Source: Patescibacteria group bacterium
Lineage (GTDB): Bacteria > Patescibacteriota > JABMPQ01
NCBI GenBank assembly: GCA_041749335.1
Contig: JBGTBM010000009.1
Location: 179-64,178, forward strand
Reading direction: 5' to 3'
Length of the DNA: 64,000 nt
This document shows positions 30,000 through 39,420 of the stretch, one piece after another. The notes under the pieces are model-generated. The model worked only from the letters and a program-made list of their open reading frames with translations, made no database searches and was not told where the DNA came from. Numbering within the stretch: position 1 is the stretch's first letter; each line of letters begins with the position of its first letter. The translations under genes and the position numbers were made by a program.

Positions 30000-31523
30000 A
30001 TGAATAATAATAATAATAATAATAATAAAACTAAATTCATTAAATTTTTTATATATTTAATACCGATATTAATTTGTTTATGGTTATTAAATAAATATTT
30101 CGTTTTTACGGGAAATTTAGATTCTTCCTACGTTTTTGACAATCAACCTTCAATATTTAATGAACTACAACCCGAAACTCGCGTGCATAGCCCAGAAATA
30201 AATTTAAAAACCGGTGAAAAATATCAAAGGATTCAGAGTGAACTGGTTTATTTTTCATTAAATATACCCCGATCTTTTCAAAAAGCTAATTTTACTTTTA
30301 CTTTCGACGCTCCCTCACAGCCAATAATTAATGTCGGAATAAAAAGAGCTTATGAAGATACTAGTTATGAATTTAAAACTTTAAAAAATGACTATTTTGA
30401 TAAATTAAATAAATATTGGACCAAAACTTATGACAAAAATAATAAAATAGTCTTAATGCAAAATTTAAATAAAGAGAATGAAAATTATGATACGGTACAA
30501 GGTTTTATTAATAATCCGCCTCAAAATAAAAAGATTGGAACATATTATATCGATTTAACTGATAATAAAAAATTAGAAAATTATAAACCCTCCAATAAAA
30601 TTAACAATATTGAAACTCCCTTAAGGGGCAAACACGAAATATACACATATATTAAAGATGAAACTCTAGATTATAATTTCTCTTACTATGATTTAAATAA
30701 CGAAGAAGGCCTAGATCAATTTAATATTAATGTATATAAAGGTCTTAAACTCGTTTATTCAAATTTATCTGAAGATGATGGAAATAATAAAGCAAATAAT
30801 TTAGTTTCTGAGTTTAAACAATTCCAACTTAAAATTCCTGATTTGGCTGAAGGTAAATATTTAATAAAACTCGCTTTACCAGAAGATATTATAATAAATA
30901 AAATTACTACCAGGCAGAAATACACTGTATTTGCAAGCAGAATACGCACTGTTGGCAATCGATTAGAATTTAATAATGATTATTCTTTTTCAGAAGTTCC
31001 TGTTAAAATATTTTCGCCTAATTCAAATTTTCAATTAAGAACATTCGGCCCTGTCAGCGAACAAGAAATATTAATAGACAATCAAAGCATTACTTTATCT
31101 TCAAATAACTCATCGCTTATAAATCATTCGACGGGCAAAGAAAATAACGAATTAATAGAAATTAATGCTCCCCTTGGCAATATTTTATTATTGGCACCTA
31201 TCTTTGTTTTTAATAAAGAGCAATATTTTGATCCATATTTTAATATAAACCAAATAGCATTAAATACTGCAATATCAGATGAATTTGATTATATTATTGG
31301 TACCATTGACGATTATTTAACCCCACAAAAATATCGCAATTGGTATAAAAACGAAATATCATTTGAAACCGCTAACGCCTACACGGAAAATGGTGAATTG
31401 AAATTTGCAATTCAAATTCCCGGATTTAACAACATTGATGATGTAATTATAAAAGATATTAAAGTCAACTTGCAGACCGATAATATATTTAAAAGATTAT
31501 TTAATAAAATAAATATTTATTAA
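30000..31523 (+). CDS. Hypothetical TM-anchored extracytoplasmic protein with N-terminal poly-Asn tract
   Basis: MNNNNNNNNNKTK, then one TM helix, then a roughly 470-aa hydrophilic domain with no recognisable motifs. Confidence 0.4.
   Translation: MNNNNNNNNKTKFIKFFIYLIPILICLWLLNKYFVFTGNLDSSYVFDNQPSIFNELQPETRVHSPEINLKTGEKYQRIQSELVYFSLNIPRSFQKANFTFTFDAPSQPIINVGIKRAYEDTSYEFKTLKNDYFDKLNKYWTKTYDKNNKIVLMQNLNKENENYDTVQGFINNPPQNKKIGTYYIDLTDNKKLENYKPSNKINNIETPLRGKHEIYTYIKDETLDYNFSYYDLNNEEGLDQFNINVYKGLKLVYSNLSEDDGNNKANNLVSEFKQFQLKIPDLAEGKYLIKLALPEDIIINKITTRQKYTVFASRIRTVGNRLEFNNDYSFSEVPVKIFSPNSNFQLRTFGPVSEQEILIDNQSITLSSNNSSLINHSTGKENNELIEINAPLGNILLLAPIFVFNKEQYFDPYFNINQIALNTAISDEFDYIIGTIDDYLTPQKYRNWYKNEISFETANAYTENGELKFAIQIPGFNNIDDVIIKDIKVNLQTDNIFKRLFNKINIY
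30003..30029 (+). repeat. (AAT)9 trinucleotide microsatellite inside the start of a CDS
   Basis: aat repeated 9 times immediately after the ATG. Confidence 0.9.
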
Positions 31524-31526
31524 AAT

Positions 31527-31910
31527 ATGAAATACCTATTTAAAACATTTATTCATATTAAAAATTCAACGCTGCTTATTATAAATACAATATTTATCAC
31601 ATCTCTTTTTTCTTATCTTTTATTGTTTTTGTTTAATATATTCCTAGGGGATTTTATCACTAATTTTATAAATTTAAATTATTTATTATATCCACTTGGA
31701 ATATCTTTAATTATTTTAATTTTTAATAATAACAATACTTATATAAACCAAGAATCTAACACTTTAACCCGTTTATTTATTTCTATTATTGGAAGCTTTA
31801 TAATATTCTTTTTAGCTAAAGAGCTGGGAGTATTTAAGTGGTTATTGACTCTATCGATTTTTTTTATACTATTTTATTCTACAAAGAACTTCAATAACGA
31901 TTCGCAATAA
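31527..31910 (+). CDS. Small 4-TM membrane protein, GtrA-like candidate (lipid-linked sugar flippase)
   Basis: 127 aa with about 4 TM helices, immediately upstream of a GT-C-like gene and near a GtrB-like GT2. Confidence 0.35.
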   Translation: MKYLFKTFIHIKNSTLLIINTIFITSLFSYLLLFLFNIFLGDFITNFINLNYLLYPLGISLIILIFNNNNTYINQESNTLTRLFISIIGSFIIFFLAKELGVFKWLLTLSIFFILFYSTKNFNNDSQ

Positions 31911-31968
31911 TTTTTTCGATAATTAACTTATATTATTTTATAAAATTGCGAATTTTTAATATAAATCG

Positions 31969-33888
31969 ATGAATAAAGTATTTAATTTTAATAAAATTAT
32001 TTTATTAATCAAATATATTAATATTATTTTAATATCTACTACTTTTATATTTTTACTTTATATAATTTTTTATTTGTTTTTATCCTTTAATTATTTAAAT
32101 TTATTATTTACCCATTCTGACATTTTTCTTTTTTCTTTAATATTATTTGATTTATTTATTATTTTTATATTTATTAAAAATAATAAATCATTAAATATAA
32201 ATATTCTTTATTTATATATTGCATTATTTATTTTATTAGAAGTGCCCTTATTAATTAACGGCTTTAATAATTCTATCATCCTTTTTCAAGATTTAGATTA
32301 TAATCAGTGTTTTATTGTAATATTTCTCGGAATGATAATATATTTTTTTACTAACAAGGGTAAATATTTATCTAGCAAAATTTTTAATAATAATTTACTT
32401 ATTATTAATTCTAAAATTAATAATAAGTCTAAATATTCCATATTATTAATATTTTTATTATTTTTACTTATAAAACTTTTAATTCCTTATTTTTATCAAG
32501 GATCATATATTGATGAATATTTTCATATTTTACATGGTATAAATATTTTTAATAACCTTGAAACAAATTATATCCGGGGCCTGCCCATCACCTTTTTATG
32601 CGGCCTACTTATTAATTTATTTGGAAATGAACTTTTTATTTTAAAATTAATTCCGGCAGTTATCGGAATCATAAACTTTTTGTTGCTTTATAAAATATCA
32701 AAATATTTTTTTAATAATTACAAATATACTTCATTATTATTAGCAATTTACACAATTTCTCCTTGGATAATTTTTAATCATTTTTATATAAGGTTTTATG
32801 TTTTGTACGAATTATTATTATTATTATCAATTTATATTTATTTTATAGTCAATAATTCTATAGCGAAAAAAAGATTAGTTTTGTCGCTATTATCCATAAT
32901 CATTTTCATTGTATTTAATGTTTTATTGTTCTTTATAATTAATGATTCCGGCTTTTATATGATAATTATTTTTAATTGTTTTTTAATATTCTTTTTAGTT
33001 ATTAAAAGTATATTAATTTTATCAAATGCAATTATAAAAAATATTTTTAAATATTTTTTTTATATACTTATAACTTTTTTCTTTTTTTATTTATTATTTA
33101 ATAATAAATTTAATTATTTAATAAAAGTAAATCTTGCTAACACCAACTATGAAATAAATAAATATGAATATTTCTTTTTTTATAAAAATATCGGCTTTAC
33201 AATATTATTTATTTTATCAATTTTTATCGCTTTAAAACATTTAAATAAAAAAGGTGAAATCAAATCTCAAAATATTATATTTATAGCTTCCTTTTTAATT
33301 CTGATAATACATTTAATATCTTCAAGTGACTTGCAACTAATTCGAAGTATAGTATACTTTATCCCCTTGTTTTATTTAGTTGCAATTTATTCTCTTAAAC
33401 ATTTAAATATTAAATCTATCTATAAATACCCAATAATGCTATTTTTATTTTTAACTATATTCAACAACTACCCAAGTAAATTTTTTAGCGATGGGCCTTA
33501 TATACCTTCAGAAGTTTTTTACCGAAGATTTAAAGAATCTTTTGACTTTATTAAAAATAATTGTGACGATTATTTCATAATTAATTTGACAAAAAATCAT
33601 TATGTTTCTTCTTTCTATGATATTAACGAATATTATCTTATTAATTCAATTTATTATAACAATCCATTGAGTGTTAATTATGATAATAAATTTATTAATT
33701 ATGAAAAATATAAAAATAAAATAAGAAAAAATGAGAATATATGTTATTTATATTCTCATTTGTGGTCAGTTAATAATAAAAATAAAACCTATCAATCTAT
33801 CCGTAGATACCTTAAAAATAATTATGATGATAAAATATCCTTTGGTAATTTTGAAGTGTTCATTTTTTTAAATAAAAATAATAATTAA
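31969..33888 (+). CDS. GT-C family membrane glycosyltransferase-like protein (ArnT/PMT/YfhO-like)
   Basis: 639 aa with many TM helices. YIDEYFHILHGINIF is DE-motif-like in an early loop. It converges on the GtrB-like GT2. Confidence 0.4.
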   Translation: MNKVFNFNKIILLIKYINIILISTTFIFLLYIIFYLFLSFNYLNLLFTHSDIFLFSLILFDLFIIFIFIKNNKSLNINILYLYIALFILLEVPLLINGFNNSIILFQDLDYNQCFIVIFLGMIIYFFTNKGKYLSSKIFNNNLLIINSKINNKSKYSILLIFLLFLLIKLLIPYFYQGSYIDEYFHILHGINIFNNLETNYIRGLPITFLCGLLINLFGNELFILKLIPAVIGIINFLLLYKISKYFFNNYKYTSLLLAIYTISPWIIFNHFYIRFYVLYELLLLLSIYIYFIVNNSIAKKRLVLSLLSIIIFIVFNVLLFFIINDSGFYMIIIFNCFLIFFLVIKSILILSNAIIKNIFKYFFYILITFFFFYLLFNNKFNYLIKVNLANTNYEINKYEYFFFYKNIGFTILFILSIFIALKHLNKKGEIKSQNIIFIASFLILIIHLISSSDLQLIRSIVYFIPLFYLVAIYSLKHLNIKSIYKYPIMLFLFLTIFNNYPSKFFSDGPYIPSEVFYRRFKESFDFIKNNCDDYFIINLTKNHYVSSFYDINEYYLINSIYYNNPLSVNYDNKFINYEKYKNKIRKNENICYLYSHLWSVNNKNKTYQSIRRYLKNNYDDKISFGNFEVFIFLNKNNN

Positions 33889-34817
33889 TTTTCAATTACT
33901 TCCTTGACAGAGTAATTTGCTCTATTTTTATTATAATATGTCTTTATGGCAATATCAGCTAAAATTCCTGAAATAAATAGCTGTAGACCAACTAAAACTA
34001 AAAATATTGCTACTAACGGCCAGATACTATTTTGCAAAGAGATTTTTCCTAAAATTCTGGTAATGGCTAGATAAATACCAAGGATAAATCCCCCCCCGCC
34101 TATTAATATTCCAAAACTGCCAAATAAATGCAGCGGCCGGGCAGAAAATTTTCTCCAAAACCAAACCATCCACATATCAAGAAAACCTTTTACAATCCTC
34201 CTTAAATTATATTTGGTTTTGCCAAATTTTCTTTCACGATGTTCCACTTTTACTTCACCCACTTTAAAGCCTTTCCACTTCAATATTGCGGGAATAAACC
34301 GGTGCATTTCTCCATACAGATCAAGATCATCAAAACATTCTTTCCGATAGGCCTTTAACGTACAGCCTGAATCGTGAATTTTATCTTTGATTAATAATCC
34401 CCTTAGTATATCAGCTCCGCGTGAAATAATTTTTTTTATAAAAGGATCTCGTCTTTTATAGCGCCACCCTGATACCAAATCATACCCTTCATTCAATTTA
34501 CTGATTAATTTACTGATTTCCGAGGGCGGATTTTGTCCATCACCATCAAGCGTAATTATTATCTCTCCTCTAGCTCTCTTGATGCCGGCATCTAGCGCGG
34601 CCGTTTGCCCAAAATTTTTCCTAAAATTTATTATTTTTATCGAATATAATTTTTTTAATTTTTCTAGGGTATTATCAATTGATCCGTCATTAACAAATAT
34701 TACTTCAAAATCCAAAGCGATCTTTTTCATTTCGTAAATAATTTCCCGATGCAATGAAATAACATTTTCTTCCTCATTAAAAACTGGCACAATAATTGAA
34801 TATTTTGGTTTGTTCAT
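33885..34817 (-). CDS. Polyprenyl-phosphate glycosyltransferase (GT2, GtrB/CsbB/ArnC-like) with 2 C-terminal TM helices
   Basis: YSIIVPVFNEEENV...VIFVNDGSIDNT...TLDGDGQNPP plus two C-terminal TM helices. Confidence 0.8.
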   Translation of the reverse strand: MNKPKYSIIVPVFNEEENVISLHREIIYEMKKIALDFEVIFVNDGSIDNTLEKLKKLYSIKIINFRKNFGQTAALDAGIKRARGEIIITLDGDGQNPPSEISKLISKLNEGYDLVSGWRYKRRDPFIKKIISRGADILRGLLIKDKIHDSGCTLKAYRKECFDDLDLYGEMHRFIPAILKWKGFKVGEVKVEHRERKFGKTKYNLRRIVKGFLDMWMVWFWRKFSARPLHLFGSFGILIGGGGFILGIYLAITRILGKISLQNSIWPLVAIFLVLVGLQLFISGILADIAIKTYYNKNRANYSVKEVIEN

Positions 34818-34818
34818 A

Positions 34819-36150
34819 TTATTTTATTAATTCACTCTTAATAATACCGATAATATATTTTATATTTAAATTTATTTTTAATTTTAATCCCAATTTTTTT
34901 CTTAAATAATATATCTCAAATATCGCAACTACCAGCTGTGCAAATACTGTTACGATTACTGCACCCAATGCTCCATAAAATGGTATAAATATTAAATCTA
35001 GTATTACATTAACTGCTGCACCAAATAATACAATGCGTGTTGTGTATTTAGCGTACTTTGTAGCTATTAAAAAAGTTCGACAGACACTAAATATTTTTAT
35101 TAATAAAAGTGGTAGTAATACTTTAAGTAATATAATTGATGCTTGATATTGAGGAAATAATTTTTCAATTAATGAATCTGATAATACAAATAAAAGTAAG
35201 GTGGTTGGAAAAACAAATATAATCGACAAGGATAATATTTTTGTAAATAATTCCTGGAGTTTTTCTTTCCTTCCATCAATAAAATAAGTAGTAATCACCG
35301 GTGCGAATACAGCACTAATAAAAGTAAATATTACTACAAATGGCATCTGAAATATTTTGTCAGCTACATTAAAATAAGCAACTTCGGCATTATCACAATA
35401 TTTTCCAATTATTATAATATCTATTCTAGTATATAAAAAATATGTCACGCTCGTTATACTAATCGGAATTGCATATTTTATAATTCTTTTTCCTGTATTA
35501 ATAATATAAATCTTTTGTTCTTTTATATATCTTAAATATTTATAATCGATTATTATAAACCCAAATATTACAGAAATTAATATTCCAAATATTGTTATTA
35601 ACAAAACATTAAGAATTTCTAATTTTTGATATTTGATCAATGCCAGCAATAATGATATTTGAATAATTCTAGATATAAAAAAAGTTAGAGTAGAATATTT
35701 CAAATTTTGGTAACCTTTAATAATACTTTCAACTATTGCACTTGAACAAGATATAATTATAAAAGCAGGTGCGATTTTTAATAAAATTGTAAGTTCCTCT
35801 CTATTAAATATTTTTGAAATATAATCTTTTAATATAAATAAAACAATTCCCAATATTAAAGAAATTATAATTGAATAAATTATACTAGTTATGATTAAAG
35901 ATCTTGTTTCTTTTTTTTCAATTTCCTTGTTTGATAAAGATTCAGCGATATATTTTGATGTAGACTCACTTAATCCGTTTACTACAAAGTACATAAAAAA
36001 GAAGGTGATTGAATAAAATAATAAATATAACCCATATTTATCAGGGTCCCAAGTATTAGATAAAATAAAAAAAACTACAAATATTGAAATATTTGATATT
36101 ATTATTTGAATAATTTTCCAGAAACTATTCCTCGCTATCTTTGATATCAT
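34819..36150 (-). CDS. wzx: Wzx-type flippase (MOP superfamily), second copy
   Basis: 443 aa with about 12 TM helices. Confidence 0.65.
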   Translation of the reverse strand: MISKIARNSFWKIIQIIISNISIFVVFFILSNTWDPDKYGLYLLFYSITFFFMYFVVNGLSESTSKYIAESLSNKEIEKKETRSLIITSIIYSIIISLILGIVLFILKDYISKIFNREELTILLKIAPAFIIISCSSAIVESIIKGYQNLKYSTLTFFISRIIQISLLLALIKYQKLEILNVLLITIFGILISVIFGFIIIDYKYLRYIKEQKIYIINTGKRIIKYAIPISITSVTYFLYTRIDIIIIGKYCDNAEVAYFNVADKIFQMPFVVIFTFISAVFAPVITTYFIDGRKEKLQELFTKILSLSIIFVFPTTLLLFVLSDSLIEKLFPQYQASIILLKVLLPLLLIKIFSVCRTFLIATKYAKYTTRIVLFGAAVNVILDLIFIPFYGALGAVIVTVFAQLVVAIFEIYYLRKKLGLKLKINLNIKYIIGIIKSELIK

Positions 36151-36153
36151 CCT

Positions 36154-37023
36154 TTACCTCTTCCATTTAGATAAATCCTTTTTAAATAATATTTCCAACT
36201 GTTCAATATCCTTAATAAATTTTTTTATAAGGTATTTTCTAGTACAATTTTCCATATTTCTATAAACAATTTTTCTTGTCGATAAGTTAATAATCTTTTC
36301 TTTAAAACCGCTTTCTTTTATTTTTTTGATAACGTTTGATAAATTAAATAATATCATTGCTTGAGATAAATATTTCATTAATGATAATATTAATACGTTA
36401 TTAATCTCCCTTGAAGAATTTACTTTTTCATTTATTTTATTTGGAATAAACTCATCATCAACTTCTAAAAATTTATATAATTTTTTTATTTCTATTAAAG
36501 GATTTTGTTTAATATCTTCTATAAATAAAAATATAATTTGTTTTTTATCAAAATATTTTAACCATCTATTAATGTGAAAACTATATAATCCTTTATCAAT
36601 ATACTCCTCTTCTAATCTTACGACATCTTCAAAATCTCTTTTTTCTTTCTTAAAATAATTTTTATACATCAAATACTGTGAATAAGCCCTATCTATCGGA
36701 TTTCTTAAACACACAATTATTTTTATATCAGGAAATTTTATTTTTATTCTTTTTGGTGCTTCTTTATCAATCAAATATTGAGTTGAGAACTCTCCCTTTA
36801 CGCAATTATTTTTACAATGCTTAAAATGTTTTGAATACCACTTAAAAGTTTTATTGAAATTTCTATTTTTAAAATTAAAAATATATGATGATTTTTTATT
36901 AAAATATTGAACTTCTTTTGGTTCAGATAATTCAATCTCGGGATGTTGATCTAGCATTTTTGATAACCATGTCGTGCCTGCTTTTTCTGCTCCTATGCCA
37001 ATAAAGTTAATTTTTAAATCCAT
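36154..37023 (-). CDS. Sulfotransferase (PAPS-dependent family)
   Basis: 5'-PSB motif IGIGAEKAGTTWL and 3'-PB motif CLRNPIDRAYSQY. Confidence 0.75.
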   Translation of the reverse strand: MDLKINFIGIGAEKAGTTWLSKMLDQHPEIELSEPKEVQYFNKKSSYIFNFKNRNFNKTFKWYSKHFKHCKNNCVKGEFSTQYLIDKEAPKRIKIKFPDIKIIVCLRNPIDRAYSQYLMYKNYFKKEKRDFEDVVRLEEEYIDKGLYSFHINRWLKYFDKKQIIFLFIEDIKQNPLIEIKKLYKFLEVDDEFIPNKINEKVNSSREINNVLILSLMKYLSQAMILFNLSNVIKKIKESGFKEKIINLSTRKIVYRNMENCTRKYLIKKFIKDIEQLEILFKKDLSKWKR

Positions 37024-37051
37024 AATTTTAATTAATAATCCGTCAAAACAT

Positions 37052-37756
37052 CTAACTATATAATTTTTTTCCTACAATAATAAATCTTCTAAGAAATGTT
37101 AATCTCAATTTATATATTTTTGAATTAATAGAATTGCCCTTGTAAAACAATGTTAAAACTTTAATTAATTTACTAATTATTATTCCAATTACCCCCTCAA
37201 GGAATGAATAAAAATATTTATATTCAAATGTATTAAGATTATTATTATAAAATATTTGAATAATTCGCCTAACAGTCGTTATATTATTATGAGTATAATC
37301 GCAATTAAAAAAATCATTTCTCCAATCTAAATAATCTGGACTAAGTATTATTATCATCCCTCTTTTTTTTAATACTCTTTCTGATTCTGAAATAAATGTT
37401 TCTGCCTCATTAGAATTATTTAAGTGCTCATATACATCAAAACATAAAATTATATCATACGATTCATCTATTTCATTCAATGTTGGTATTTTATAATTAC
37501 TTACCTTTCGGACACCAATATTCTTCATTAATTTATTCATATTAATATTTGGCTCAACAACATCGTAATTTTTATATCCATTTTTGAGAAATACTTTTGC
37601 CAAATCTCCCTTCCCTGGTCCAATTTCTAAAATATCACAATTCTTACTTCTTAAATATTTACAAATATATCTAAAATCTCTCTTAGTTTTTCTATTATGT
37701 AATAATTTACCAATTTTAGTAGATTTGCTTTCTGCAAAGTGGTCAAAATATGGCAT
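37052..37756 (-). CDS. Class I SAM-dependent methyltransferase
   Basis: Motif I ILEIGPGKGDL and post-I ILCFDVYEHL. Confidence 0.7.
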   Translation of the reverse strand: MPYFDHFAESKSTKIGKLLHNRKTKRDFRYICKYLRSKNCDILEIGPGKGDLAKVFLKNGYKNYDVVEPNINMNKLMKNIGVRKVSNYKIPTLNEIDESYDIILCFDVYEHLNNSNEAETFISESERVLKKRGMIIILSPDYLDWRNDFFNCDYTHNNITTVRRIIQIFYNNNLNTFEYKYFYSFLEGVIGIIISKLIKVLTLFYKGNSINSKIYKLRLTFLRRFIIVGKKLYS

Positions 37757-38813
37757 TGTATATCTTTTTAAGTTTTATTAAATAATTATTTAATGAATAT
37801 TTTATTGCAGTTTTATAACCTTCTTCAATAATGTTTTTTCTATAAATATTATTTGTAGAAATATTAATAATCTTTTTAGCCAAATCTTGTGAATTATTAA
37901 CTTCAAAAAGCAATCCATTTTTTGTATTTATTATTTCATTGAGCCCATATGTGTTACTTGCAATTACAGGTGTTCCGCAAGATAACGATTCTAATTGAGT
38001 CATCCCCAGTGCTTCCCATAAAGATGGAATCACAAAACAGTCTATTGAGTTATAGAAACTAGGCATATCATATATCATACCAATCAAGAAAACATTATTT
38101 TGTAGATTATAATTATTAATTATATTTTTAATTTTATTTCTGTCTGGACCATCACCAGCTATTAGAAATTTAAATCTTTTATCATCACATGCTATTTTTT
38201 TTGCAGCGTTTAATAAAATCTTCCAACCCTTTCTTTTATTAAGTCTTGCTGCAAAGCCTATTAAAATATCTTTTTTGCTTATATTATATTTTGTTAAACT
38301 AAATTTTTTTAAAGAAAATTTTTTAAATTTATCTGTATCAACAAAATTATATAATACCTCAATTTTATTTTTTTTAACTTTGGCATTTTTAATTAATAAT
38401 TTCTTAATATGATCAGACACTGAAATAAATTTATTAACTCTATCTTGTGCAAAATTAATAAACAAATTATATAATTTTTGATTTTTTACTATTTTCCCGT
38501 GTTCATGGAAAATTAATTTTATATCTTTATTAATAAAAGCTTTATATAAATATCCAATCAGAAATGACTTAAATAAATGGCAGTGTAATATATTAAAATC
38601 CTTTTTTTTAACTATCTTTTTTAAAATTAATAAACAACCAATATTGATTTTTCGGTAAGATTTATTATATATAATATTGCCATAATTATATTTTCTTACA
38701 GAATTTCTAAGAGAAAAACAATAATTAGATTTATCCTTCCTGATTATTCCTAATACAACAGTTTGAGCTCCTCCCAAACCTAGATGATCAATTAAGTGTA
38801 GTATTTTTTTCAT
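37743..38813 (-). CDS. Glycosyltransferase family 4
   Basis: HLIDHLGLGGAQ at the N-terminus and EALGMTQLESLSCGTPVIASNTYGLNEII. Confidence 0.8.
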   Translation of the reverse strand: MKKILHLIDHLGLGGAQTVVLGIIRKDKSNYCFSLRNSVRKYNYGNIIYNKSYRKINIGCLLILKKIVKKKDFNILHCHLFKSFLIGYLYKAFINKDIKLIFHEHGKIVKNQKLYNLFINFAQDRVNKFISVSDHIKKLLIKNAKVKKNKIEVLYNFVDTDKFKKFSLKKFSLTKYNISKKDILIGFAARLNKRKGWKILLNAAKKIACDDKRFKFLIAGDGPDRNKIKNIINNYNLQNNVFLIGMIYDMPSFYNSIDCFVIPSLWEALGMTQLESLSCGTPVIASNTYGLNEIINTKNGLLFEVNNSQDLAKKIINISTNNIYRKNIIEEGYKTAIKYSLNNYLIKLKKIYNAIF

Positions 38814-38994
38814 ATCTAAATTTTACATATCGTATATATATTCCACTTCTTGAAGGTGTTAATTTTTTTACAAATTCAAATTTAACTTTACATCTACTGC
38901 CCATTTAAATTATTAATTTATTATATATATCTTTTAAATCTTTTTCTTAAATCATAGATCTTTTTCCAATTTTAATGGTTATTTTATTAATATC

Positions 38995-39420
38995 CTATTG
39001 GATTATCTGAAATATTTTATCAGCTGCATTAAAATAAGCAACTTCGGCATTATCACAATATTTACTAATTATTATTATATCAATTCTAGTATATAAAAAA
39101 AATATGTGATACTAGTGATGCTTATGAGTATGGCATATTCTAATATTTTCTTTCCCACTCCACTAATAAAAATTCTTTGCGCCTGAAGATTATTCAAATA
39201 TTAATGCCTTCATTTTTTGACAATGATTGTGCGATATATTTGGCAATTGATTCACTTAAACCATTAACAATAAAATACATAAAAAAGAAAGTGATTAAGT
39301 AAAAAGAGTAAATAAAGCCCATATTTATCCGGACTCCATGCGTTAGATAAAATATAATAAATTAGCAAATAATGCTAAATTGTATATTATTATTTGTATT
39401 ATTTTCCAAATACTGTTTTT
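38995..39420 (-). pseudogene. Degenerate remnant of a Wzx flippase gene (internally deleted paralog of 34819-36150)
   Basis: 39001-39140 aligns to 35340-35470 and 39225-39420 aligns to 35935-36130 at roughly 80-85% identity. No ORF survives. Confidence 0.75.
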
